Source: a virus (taxonomy: Duplodnaviria > Caudoviricetes). From it: DNA of 51,643 nucleotides. This document shows, piece by piece, positions 9,701 to 18,261 of the stretch (its first letter is position 1; each line of letters begins with the position of its first letter). Under the pieces are notes generated by a model, which saw only the letters and a list, made by a program, of their open reading frames with translations, was not told the origin of the DNA and ran no database searches. The stretch spans positions 1 to 51,643 of the IMG/VR virus record IMGVR_UViG_3300009124_000023. One strand, given 5' to 3'. Made by a program: the position numbers and the translations under genes.

Positions 9701-11288
9701 CTATTCACCAGACGGAGTTAATAATTTAAGAATTGCTAAAGCTGGTACAGACTTTATGGCTCTTGACAGTTCTGGAGTAGGTATCGGTACAACCAACCCT
9801 TTACAATTATTACACCTATCAGATACAGCCGATACAGGTATTCAATTAACTAAAGAAGGTGTTGTAGCTTCAAGAATACAATCTGTTACTACTGGTTTGA
9901 AGTTTGGTGTTGATACTTCAAATGGTGATACAGAACGCATGAGAATCGACTCCTCAGGCAACGTAGGTATTGGTATAACAGCACCTGAAGCTAAATTACA
10001 TGTTGATGACAATACAGTTATATTTGGTAATGGTGCTAGTGGTTATGCTACTGTTAATTTTCATTCTGCATCCACAGGTTCAGCTAGGTATGCTTCTATA
10101 AGAAAAAATTACGATTCACCATTTGATATGCGTATCAGAGCAAACAATTCAACAGGTGGTGTTCCTTTAATATTTGAAGGTGGAAGTGATACTGAATATG
10201 CTAGATTTGATAATACTGGCAACTTAGGTATTGGTACAAGTAGTCCTGATACCTTATTAGAGCTTTCAAAAGCAGCAGGGACAGGAACAAGTTTAGTAAA
10301 ATTAGCAAATACTTCAGGTGGAGCTACAAGCAATATTGCACAAATAGATTTTGAGTTAAATAACACTTTCTCAGGTGCAAATGTTGATGTTCAAATTGGT
10401 GCTATTAAAACTAATGCAGGTAATGAAGAATCAGCATTTTATATTAATACCACAAGTGGCACAGGTACACCAACAGAAAGACTAAGGATAGACAGTTCAG
10501 GCAGACACGCTATGGGTAACACCCCATCAATCAGCAACAACTACATTTTATCCATTGATTCAGATGCTAGTGGACAAGCAGCAGGGATTCACTTTACACA
10601 TGGCACAAAGAATCTTTACTTGGGTTACATCGCAACCACAGCTACAGATAACGCTGAAATGTGGAACGCTGCCAATGGTTTTTTAAGATTTGCTACAAAT
10701 AATTTAGAACGCATGAGGATTGATTCTTCAGGAAACTTAGGTATCGGTACAACAACTCCTTCATCAACGCTACATATTAGATATAATGTTAACGGAACTG
10801 AAGCAGACTCACATTTTCAAATTCAAGGTAGTGGATATTCTGCTTTTCATTGGTTAGATGGTACAGCTTATTATATTGGACAAAATTCTGGTGCAAGGTC
10901 ATTAAGGATGTATGCAGGAGCAGAAACTGCTGGAGTAGAATTGTCAGCAGGTGGTACATCTTTTGGCACTTTTTCGGATGAAAGATTAAAGGAAAATATA
11001 CAAGATATTGGTTCTGTAACAGAAAAAATAAAAGACATAAGATGTGTAAGTTTTAATAGAATTGATATAGAAGATTCAAAAGAAACCATAGGTTTTATAG
11101 CACAAGATTTTGTAGGTAAGTTTGACCAAGTTTTAGATAAAACTAAATTAAGAGATGGTGATGAAGAAGAATACTACTCAATTAAATATTCAGAAACTAT
11201 ACCTGTATTAATGAAAGCTATCCAAGAACAACAAGAACAAATCGAATCACTAAAAAGTGAAATAGAGCTATTAAAAGGAGGAAACTAA
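6708..11288 (+). CDS. Tail fibre with modular repeats and C-terminal intramolecular chaperone (peptidase S74-type)
   Basis: About 11 ERMRIDSSGNVGIG-like repeats; SDERLKENI...GFIAQD...LMKAIQE C-terminus. Confidence 0.9.
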   Translation: MAGYTRQSTFADGDTITAALFNNEYNQLVNAFSNTSGHAHDGTAGEGPVIGLIGDAGETTPLNKVLIDTVNNYIEFYVDVSSSSVQQLYIADGAIVPVTDNDIDLGTSSLEFKDLYIDGTANLDSLVLGSGSTVTAILDEDDLSSDSATSLATQQSIKAYVDAQVTAQDLDFQGDSGGALSIDLDSESLTIAGGTGIDTSGATNTLTVAIDSTVATLTGSQTLTNKTIDVDNNTVSNIEVDNFKASAIVLESEGIGSNDNDTTLPTSAAVKDYVDTQLTAEDLDFQGDTGGALSIDLDSETLTIAGGTGIDTSGATNTLTVAIDSTVATLTGTQTLTNKTIDAASNTLSNIANSSLTNSSVSYGGVSVSLGGSDATPAFDLSDATAYPGDSSLVTVGALNSGSITSGFGAIDNGSSAITTTGTITYGSLSDGVITITAFADEDDMVSNSATLVPTQQSVKAYVDAQITAEDLDVSDGTASIAIDLDSETLGILGGTGLTSSASGNNVTLSVDASQTQITSVGTLADLTVSGDLTVDTNTFYVDSTNNRIGIGTTSPNASSVHVDGGGQNSALFLYSNDTDTFITISDDDGAAEIRTKDGGALQFSTGGTTNTLADSTTAMYINSSQNVGIGTTSPNQLLHLENSTLAADDARIRVVSGTSGEASIIFGDSDYGSRGRFVYDNATDSLQFWGADSTTSAERMRIDSSGNVGIGGDTTTATSLNNLSIGAYADASSGIVLRGTTASALNFEDNSSVTAARVYYNHASGYMAFNTEQTERLRIDSSGRVAIGRTPQSNRNLEVFKSDSGNDVRGEIQNGSNTTGSNAVIGTLVAGSSGGDPFTSYTVSGVTSWSEGIDNSDSDKFKISNNFGPGTNDYLTIDTSGNVGIGETVPSNYGKFVVAAAGIGNHINSTSGAGGINFYEGGSGRFSLRTLNGSAGLAFYDTFNAAERMRIDSSGNVGIGTTSPAFQNANAGLHIVDATAPGIRLQDSNAVNSDFEIYSPDGVNNLRIAKAGTDFMALDSSGVGIGTTNPLQLLHLSDTADTGIQLTKEGVVASRIQSVTTGLKFGVDTSNGDTERMRIDSSGNVGIGITAPEAKLHVDDNTVIFGNGASGYATVNFHSASTGSARYASIRKNYDSPFDMRIRANNSTGGVPLIFEGGSDTEYARFDNTGNLGIGTSSPDTLLELSKAAGTGTSLVKLANTSGGATSNIAQIDFELNNTFSGANVDVQIGAIKTNAGNEESAFYINTTSGTGTPTERLRIDSSGRHAMGNTPSISNNYILSIDSDASGQAAGIHFTHGTKNLYLGYIATTATDNAEMWNAANGFLRFATNNLERMRIDSSGNLGIGTTTPSSTLHIRYNVNGTEADSHFQIQGSGYSAFHWLDGTAYYIGQNSGARSLRMYAGAETAGVELSAGGTSFGTFSDERLKENIQDIGSVTEKIKDIRCVSFNRIDIEDSKETIGFIAQDFVGKFDQVLDKTKLRDGDEEEYYSIKYSETIPVLMKAIQEQQEQIESLKSEIELLKGGN

Positions 11289-11289
11289 A

Positions 11290-11658
11290 ATGGCTATATC
11301 ATATACTTGGGATGTATCAAACGTGGACACTTATCCCAGCCACACTGACAGTCAAGACCCAGCCAACACTGAGTCTGATGTCATCTATAACGTTCACTGG
11401 CGATTAAACGGTGAAGACGATGCTAATAACGATGCTAATGGCAACCCACAATCAGGGTCTGTCTATGGCTCAGTTGGACTAAGCGTTGAGGACTTATCAG
11501 GCTTCACAGCTTTTGACAGTGTAACTTTATCTGATGTGCAAGGCTGGGTTGAAACAGCTCTTGGGTCTGACGAAGTGACAGCACTGAAAGCTGGTATTGA
11601 TGCTCAGATAGCAGAAAAGATTACCCCAACCAGCGAAAGCAAAGTTATAGGAAGCTAA
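11290..11658 (+). CDS. Tail fibre-associated protein
   Basis: RBS AGGAGG; YTWDV...NVHWRL...VQGWV motif typical of genes following marine phage fibres. Confidence 0.65.
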   Translation: MAISYTWDVSNVDTYPSHTDSQDPANTESDVIYNVHWRLNGEDDANNDANGNPQSGSVYGSVGLSVEDLSGFTAFDSVTLSDVQGWVETALGSDEVTALKAGIDAQIAEKITPTSESKVIGS

Positions 11659-11659
11659 C

Positions 11660-11923
11660 ATGGAACTAACCCCATATTTATTTTGGAACATTTTTATAAC
11701 TTTGGTACTTGCTCCATTGATGTATGGGATTAGAGCCAATGCTTCAGAACTTAAAAGACAAGACATATTGCTTAATAAGACTCGTGAGGAGATTGCTAAG
11801 TATTATGTTACTAAACCAGAAGTTAGAACTGAAATGGATTTAATACTTGAAAGGTTTGAAAAGCTTGAAGAGAAGATAGATAAAATCTTTGAGATGATGT
11901 ATAATAAAAATGCACAAAGGTAA
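11660..11923 (+). CDS. Small membrane protein with coiled coil
   Basis: N-terminal TM helix; TREEIAKYYVTK...LEEKID. Confidence 0.7.
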   Translation: MELTPYLFWNIFITLVLAPLMYGIRANASELKRQDILLNKTREEIAKYYVTKPEVRTEMDLILERFEKLEEKIDKIFEMMYNKNAQR

Positions 11924-12017
11924 AGGCATAGCAGTCTTCATAGCACTAGGAGTACCCGAAGGTAAGGTATTGAAAAATTTAAAGAGAAGGAAAAATGGCA
12001 AGAAAAAGAAAAACTAA
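11910..12017 (+). CDS. Possible 35-aa basic peptide MHKGKGIAVFIALGVPEGKVLKNLKRRKNGKKKKN
   Basis: Hand translation; bridges the gap between flanking ORFs. Confidence 0.4.
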   Translation: MHKGKGIAVFIALGVPEGKVLKNLKRRKNGKKKKN

Positions 12018-15015
12018 TTTAAAGAAAGTTAAAAGAACTAAAAGACAGATAGGCGGTCTTAATCAAAGTTCTTTAGACCCTAGAAAACAACCACCTAGAA
12101 TGCCACCAGAAGATGATGTAGTTATTGGTGCTCCTGTACCTCCAGAACAACCACCTGCAGTAGAACCAACAATGAGAACTATGCCATACATGCCTGAAGG
12201 TGTTGAAACAAGCGTAAATTTACCACCAGAGTTTTTTGGCAGTCAAGCACAACAACTTCCTCAAGGAGCCAAACCAGCTGGAGTACAAACTCAAGCACAG
12301 CCACAACAACAGCAGCAGCAGCAGCAGCAGCAAACATATGAGTTTGACCCTGATGTTGATTTATGGTGGCAGAATTTAGGATATAGTTCTCCTCAAGAAG
12401 CTATAAAAGATGGATGGCAGTTTGATGCGGCTACAGGACAATGGGTACAAAAGTCATATACTGGTACAACTACAGGAGGAGAAGCTGGTACAACTACAAC
12501 AACTACTGCTACCAATGAAGAACTTGTAGCTCAGCAAGAAGCAGCAAGAGCAAGAGCAGAACAATTAATAGCTGATTATGAAGCTAATAAATTAAGTCCA
12601 GAAGACTTAAAACAGGTTGACCCAAATATTGCAGCTCAATTACAAACTATGGGAACTGTTGCTCCGGTAGGATTAGTAGAAGCCGTTGCACCTCAAGCAG
12701 CACAAGTTGTAACTGCACCCGCTGCTGAACAAGTTGATTTACCAAAAGATATATCTCCTGCAGACTATGAAGCCGTATTAGCTGACCAACCTGAAGATGT
12801 AAAAGCAGCAATAGGTGAATTATCAGATGAATCTAAGGCAAGTGTTGTTGAGTTAAGTAAATTAACAAGTCCTGCACAAGCTGCAGAGTTTGCTAAAAAA
12901 GATATAGAAGCTGCTAAAGCAGAAACAATAGAGGCAGTTATTTCTGGAGGAGCTTTTGTCCCAGAAGTTACTGGTATTACTTCTCAAATATCAGAAACAC
13001 CTCAAGCTGAACAACAATCTAGAGAAGCCATTATAGGAGAATCAGCAACTCAAGGAGAAGCAGCTCAGATAGTTGGACAAGTAGGTTATGAAGCAGCTAA
13101 ACAAAGAGTAGTTAAAGGAACAGCTGCTAAAGGTGCTGCAGCTCAAATGATTGCTGAAACTGCTGACTTACCACCAGAAATATCATCAGCTATTGTTGAA
13201 GACCCAGCAACTGTTGAAGCACAAATAGACAATGAACCAATAGAAGTTCAAGCAGCCGTTGCTGCCTTACCACAAGAAGCTTTAGTTTCTTCACAAATGG
13301 AAACACTCTTAGGTGGTTTAGAAGATGGTGAAATACCTGTATGGGCTAGACCAGCAGTTGATTTAGTTAATCAGAGAATGGCACAACGAGGTATGTTAGC
13401 TTCGACAGTAGGTAGAGATGCTTTATTTAATTCTATTATACAAAGTGCCTTTCCTTTAGCACAAGGTAATGCACAGGCTTTACAGGCTAGAGCTGCACAA
13501 AACTTAAGTAATGAACAACAAGCCAACTTACAAGAAGCTACACAGGCTCAACAGCTTAAGATGCAAAACTTAGCCAATAGACAAGATGCAGCTTCACAGA
13601 CAGCTCAGTTTGCTCAACAAATGGGTGTTATGCAAAGTCAGTTTAGACAACAAGCTGTTATTACAACTGCTGAACAACAACAACAAGTTAGATTACAAAA
13701 TCTAAATAATCAACAACAAGCTGCTGTTTTAAATGCTCAGAACCAACAAGCTATAAATGCTCAGAATTTAGGCAATGAGCAACAAGTAAATTTGGCAAAC
13801 TTGCAAGTTGAAGCACAAGTTCAAGGAGCTAACCAAGCTGCAGAAAATCAACAGCAGTTAGCAGAGATGCAAATAGCTGCAGATTTCTTAGCTAAGAATG
13901 CTGGGTTTAAACAGCAAATGGATTTAGCAAACTTGTCAAATGACCAGCAAATGAGATTGGCAAACTTGACTGCTTTAAACCAAGCAGGTGCCGATAATCT
14001 AAACGCAGCCCAACAAACTGAATTAGCTAACTTAAATGCTCAAATGAATATGAACATTAAGAATGCTGAAATTGCTCAACAGATGGGTATAGCAAATCTT
14101 AATGTTGCTCAACAAAGAGCTATGGCAAATGCCAACATGGTTGCTAATATGGACATGGCTAAGTTTAACAATGCTCAGCAAGTTGAATTAGCTAATAGTA
14201 AATTTATGCAAACTGTTACATTAACAGACTTTAATGCTGAACAACAAGCAGCTATGCAAAATGCTACAGCAATGGCTTCACTTGATTTAGCAACTGCTGA
14301 CCAAAGAACTAAAATAGCTATACAGAATGCTCAGGCATTTTTACAAATGGATATGGCTAATCTTAACAATGAACAACAAGCTAATATGATGAGAAGTCAA
14401 CAAGAACAGCAAAGATTGTTGTCTGACCAAGCAGCTCAAAATGCTGCTAGACAGTTTAATGCAACATCTGAAAATCAAACTAATCAGTTCATGGCATCTC
14501 TTGGGCAACAGGCTCAGATATTTAATGCATCTGAAGTTAATAAAAATGCTCAGTTTAATGCTCAACAAGAAAATGCTAGGAATGCTATGGTATTTCAAGT
14601 TGAAGCCGATTTAGAAAAAGCTAATGCAGCTATGGCAAATGAAATAAATAAGTTCAATACACAAATTGATTTCAATAGAGAACAGTTTAATATTCAACAA
14701 TCTAATGCCATTGAGCAATCAAATGTAGCATGGCGAAGACAAGCTAATACTGTTAATACTGCAGCTGAAAATGCTGTAATGCAACAGAATGCACAAAATG
14801 CATTTGGACTATCTTCACAAGCTATGTCTTTCTTATGGCAAGAATTAAGAGACCAAGCAGACTATGATTTTAGAAGGTCAGAAGGTGCAGCAAATAGAGA
14901 AGCTCAGTTATATGCCACAGCTATTGCTAATGAAGCAAATGGTGCTCAAAACTGGGGTACTATGACAAGTCAGATAGGAACATTAATAAGTACATTATTC
15001 GGAGGAAAAAAATAA
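11995..15015 (+). CDS. Long Q/A/N-rich internal virion (ejection) protein
   Basis: 1006 aa; basic N-terminus ending RTKRQIGG; ANL/QQ helical repeats; position among core genes. Confidence 0.7.
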   Translation: MARKRKTNLKKVKRTKRQIGGLNQSSLDPRKQPPRMPPEDDVVIGAPVPPEQPPAVEPTMRTMPYMPEGVETSVNLPPEFFGSQAQQLPQGAKPAGVQTQAQPQQQQQQQQQQTYEFDPDVDLWWQNLGYSSPQEAIKDGWQFDAATGQWVQKSYTGTTTGGEAGTTTTTTATNEELVAQQEAARARAEQLIADYEANKLSPEDLKQVDPNIAAQLQTMGTVAPVGLVEAVAPQAAQVVTAPAAEQVDLPKDISPADYEAVLADQPEDVKAAIGELSDESKASVVELSKLTSPAQAAEFAKKDIEAAKAETIEAVISGGAFVPEVTGITSQISETPQAEQQSREAIIGESATQGEAAQIVGQVGYEAAKQRVVKGTAAKGAAAQMIAETADLPPEISSAIVEDPATVEAQIDNEPIEVQAAVAALPQEALVSSQMETLLGGLEDGEIPVWARPAVDLVNQRMAQRGMLASTVGRDALFNSIIQSAFPLAQGNAQALQARAAQNLSNEQQANLQEATQAQQLKMQNLANRQDAASQTAQFAQQMGVMQSQFRQQAVITTAEQQQQVRLQNLNNQQQAAVLNAQNQQAINAQNLGNEQQVNLANLQVEAQVQGANQAAENQQQLAEMQIAADFLAKNAGFKQQMDLANLSNDQQMRLANLTALNQAGADNLNAAQQTELANLNAQMNMNIKNAEIAQQMGIANLNVAQQRAMANANMVANMDMAKFNNAQQVELANSKFMQTVTLTDFNAEQQAAMQNATAMASLDLATADQRTKIAIQNAQAFLQMDMANLNNEQQANMMRSQQEQQRLLSDQAAQNAARQFNATSENQTNQFMASLGQQAQIFNASEVNKNAQFNAQQENARNAMVFQVEADLEKANAAMANEINKFNTQIDFNREQFNIQQSNAIEQSNVAWRRQANTVNTAAENAVMQQNAQNAFGLSSQAMSFLWQELRDQADYDFRRSEGAANREAQLYATAIANEANGAQNWGTMTSQIGTLISTLFGGKK

Positions 15016-15017
15016 TC

Positions 15018-15884
15018 ATGGGTATTTTTAAGAAAATATTTAAAGGTGTAAAAAACGTATTTAAAAAAGTTGGTAAAGGTATTAAAAAAGTAGCCAAAGG
15101 AGTAGGTAAAGTATTAGGTAAAATTGCAAAACCTTTTCAAAAGTTTGGATTAGTTGGGCAAATAGCTTTAGGCTTTATAATGCCTTGGGCGATAGGCAGT
15201 GTGTTTGGTGGACTCACGTCAACTGCATTCGGCACATTTGCTAAAGGTTTAGCACAAAGTGGTAACATTTTTGCTAAGGCAGCAGGTTATGCTTTTCAAG
15301 GTATTCACTGGGGAGCAACGCAAGTATCTAATGCTTATTCATTTATTAGTGATAAAATATCCAGTGGTATTGAAGGACTAACTAATAAAGCAAAATCATT
15401 GTTTGGTAAGGGAGCAGATGCTTCAACCCTAATTGATGATGCTGTTATAAATGCTCCTGAATTTAAAGAAAGCTATCTTGATGATTTATTAACACAACCT
15501 AGTTTTGATGAGCAAGGATTTAATGTTGCTAAGCTTGGTGAACTGGGAGGTAAAACAACAGTAAGTGCTAGTGTTGAAAAAAGCTTAATGGGTAAAGTAG
15601 GAGAAGCAGCTATGACAGGTGTTGTCTCAGGTGTTACCTCTGGAGCACAAGACCTTGTTTATCAAGGTATAATGGGAGAAGAAGGTGAAGGCGGTTCATG
15701 GGGAGGTATCGTAGATTTTACAGACCAAAGCTTACAATATGGTAAAGCCAACGAAACAGATTTATTACTACAAAACAATGGTTTAAATTATGGTGGACCT
15801 TCATATAATTTAAATACAATTTACAGTAGTTTTGGACAGAGTGAAAATTTTAACTGGTTTAACAATGAACCAGTAGCAGCATAA
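15018..15884 (+). CDS. Putative internal virion/pilot protein
   Basis: Amphipathic K/G-rich N-terminal helix and Gly-rich hydrophobic segments. Confidence 0.6.
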   Translation: MGIFKKIFKGVKNVFKKVGKGIKKVAKGVGKVLGKIAKPFQKFGLVGQIALGFIMPWAIGSVFGGLTSTAFGTFAKGLAQSGNIFAKAAGYAFQGIHWGATQVSNAYSFISDKISSGIEGLTNKAKSLFGKGADASTLIDDAVINAPEFKESYLDDLLTQPSFDEQGFNVAKLGELGGKTTVSASVEKSLMGKVGEAAMTGVVSGVTSGAQDLVYQGIMGEEGEGGSWGGIVDFTDQSLQYGKANETDLLLQNNGLNYGGPSYNLNTIYSSFGQSENFNWFNNEPVAA

Positions 15885-15893
15885 GGAAATAAA

Positions 15894-16499
15894 ATGGCAG
15901 AAGTAGAATATAAAAATTTTGAACAAGAGGGCTTAGATTTTTTAGCTAATAGGGGTAGACCGATACCGGGACAATCATTAACAAACAGTCCTGATGAATC
16001 TTACGCATGGGAGAAGACTCCTCAGTTTACAAATTTACAATCAGCTACAGATGCCTTATTTGTAGAACTTACAGAACCGGAAGTTTATGATTCAGTATTA
16101 ACAATGATAGAACAGGGTGAGTCTATTGCTAATGTGGCACAAGTTGTATTATATGATGGCTTTCAAAAAGGTATGTTTAATCCAGACCTAATGATGTTGT
16201 TAATTGAACCCACCATGTACATTTTAATGGCACTGGCTGAGAAAGGTGGTATCGATGATTATAAAATATATAATGGTGAGGAAGAAGATGAGTTAGATGA
16301 CGAATCTGAACTTGAGGGTATGGATAGAGTAATGGATGTTGCTAAACAAAAGTTAGCACCTAAAATGAAATCAGGAGTATTGCCAAGAGATATTGAGGCT
16401 AAGATTGATGAATTGGAAATACCTGAAAGACCTAGTTTATTAGAAAGGCAAGAAATGCCTCAAGAAGAACCAAGCTTATTAGATAGAGGAGAAGAGTAA
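15894..16499 (+). CDS. Acidic conserved phage protein (PIPGQSLT...WEK.PQF motif), probably virion-associated
   Basis: ORF with RBS, coupled to the next gene. Confidence 0.65.
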   Translation: MAEVEYKNFEQEGLDFLANRGRPIPGQSLTNSPDESYAWEKTPQFTNLQSATDALFVELTEPEVYDSVLTMIEQGESIANVAQVVLYDGFQKGMFNPDLMMLLIEPTMYILMALAEKGGIDDYKIYNGEEEDELDDESELEGMDRVMDVAKQKLAPKMKSGVLPRDIEAKIDELEIPERPSLLERQEMPQEEPSLLDRGEE

Positions 16500-18253
16500 T
16501 GGCACAAGACATTAAAGCTTTAGGCGAGTCTTTACTAGCAGGAGCTAGGCAAAGAAGAAAAAAAGAAGAAAAAAGAGCTAAAATATTTGGCGGTTTGATG
16601 CTAGGTGTAAGTATTGGTAATCATTTTTTAAGACAAAAAGCTGAAAGAAGAATGATGGAGTTTGCTAATTCTAGTAAAAATATGGTTCGAGATGCTGAAA
16701 GAAACTTTACACAAGGTGTAGATTTTTGGACCAACCATAACAATATGCTTAAAAATGCTAAATTAGAAAGTAATCCTGATGCATGGGAAGAGGCATATAA
16801 AATTCAATATAGAGATACTTGGTTAAAACAAAATCCTTTAAAAGAAAGTCAATACGATGCACAGGCTTTAAATAAAATTATTGATGAAGAAACAAAAGAT
16901 GATATTTCAGCTTATGGAAAACAGTTAGAAGCTATGCAAGAATTTCAAGGTTATAAGGCAGCTGATAAACCTGCTTATATGGCTCCTATCACACAAACAT
17001 TTAAAAAAGTTGGCGAAAGGTTCAAAAAAGATTACACAGTTGGTGGAGTCTTATTAGAAGGTTTAGGTCTTAGAAAAAGTCCTAAATTAAAAGATGTTAA
17101 AATTGGTGAAGTATCTTTAAAACTTCCTGAAAGTATGGAAGGAACTATTGAGTTTGAAAATCTTAAAACTTTCTTACATAATTCTGCAGCACAACAAGTT
17201 AGAATTAGAGATGCTAAAGAAGGATATGTTTTTGAAATTGAAGCTGAGCCTTCTCAGTCTCCTGAAACAAGAGCTAAAATTGATGTTATTAAAAAACGTT
17301 CTACCTTTAAAGTAGATGCAGGAATACAAACAATGGCAGATAATTATTTTGTTGATGGTATAACTAATGAAGAGAAAAAAAGATATACCATAACTTTAAA
17401 AACAGGTGATGATACAGAACAAACATTTAATGCGTATGATATTGTTAGTGGTTTAGATTCTAACTTTGTTAATGGTGTTAGTGTACAAGAAAGTTTTCAA
17501 GGTGATGTTGTAAGATATGCAAGTATTTTAAAATCCATGTATGCTGAAAATTCAGAGTTATTAACAATGCCTCCGGATGCTCAAATTATGTCAGAAGCCT
17601 ATCAAATTATAGGACAAAAAGTTCGAGTAGCCACTAATCCAAATTGGGTTGAAGGACTTTTTCAGTCTCAAGAATTTACCTATGATACTATAAATAAAGC
17701 AACTCTTACTGATTTAGCTGTACGAAATTTTCAAGAACAAACAGGTAATTCAGATGTCAATATTCCTGAAAGTATTCAAGATGATTTGAGTACAGAAACT
17801 TCTTCAACTGAGCCACCTCCTAGAACTTCTGTTCCAGAAATGAATAATGAACAGCTTATTAATTTTGCACAATTTGTAAGTAAAGACCAAGGATTTGAAA
17901 ATGTAGATGAAGTTAATACGTTTTTTAAACCACTTATTGAAAGAGCTAACATATTAGAAAGTTCTGCAACAGTTGAACAACTTCAGTCATTAAAGGAAAG
18001 TTCTTTACAGAAATTTGAAGTTAAAGTTGAGGATGATGAATCGCCTGTAATGGGACCGGGAGGAATGGTTGAGTCTAGAAATCTTTTTGAAGATTTTAAA
18101 AATTTACAAACTAGAAAAGATATTAACATTTTAAATAGATATGTTAATGAAGGTTATCCTAATACAGCTGTTCTTAAAAGAATATTGCGTAAATATGGCT
18201 TAGATGAAAATGCTAGTCCATCAACTGTTTCCAACTTTTTAGAATCAATTTAG
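16499..18253 (+). CDS. Putative internal virion protein
   Basis: 584 aa in the core-protein block; no recognisable motif. Confidence 0.6.
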   Translation: MAQDIKALGESLLAGARQRRKKEEKRAKIFGGLMLGVSIGNHFLRQKAERRMMEFANSSKNMVRDAERNFTQGVDFWTNHNNMLKNAKLESNPDAWEEAYKIQYRDTWLKQNPLKESQYDAQALNKIIDEETKDDISAYGKQLEAMQEFQGYKAADKPAYMAPITQTFKKVGERFKKDYTVGGVLLEGLGLRKSPKLKDVKIGEVSLKLPESMEGTIEFENLKTFLHNSAAQQVRIRDAKEGYVFEIEAEPSQSPETRAKIDVIKKRSTFKVDAGIQTMADNYFVDGITNEEKKRYTITLKTGDDTEQTFNAYDIVSGLDSNFVNGVSVQESFQGDVVRYASILKSMYAENSELLTMPPDAQIMSEAYQIIGQKVRVATNPNWVEGLFQSQEFTYDTINKATLTDLAVRNFQEQTGNSDVNIPESIQDDLSTETSSTEPPPRTSVPEMNNEQLINFAQFVSKDQGFENVDEVNTFFKPLIERANILESSATVEQLQSLKESSLQKFEVKVEDDESPVMGPGGMVESRNLFEDFKNLQTRKDINILNRYVNEGYPNTAVLKRILRKYGLDENASPSTVSNFLESI

Positions 18254-18261
18254 TTTAACTT

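Noticed and set aside
6708-11288. Diversity-generating retroelement acting on the fibre
   Set aside because: No reverse transcriptase and no adenine-specific TR/VR pair seen.
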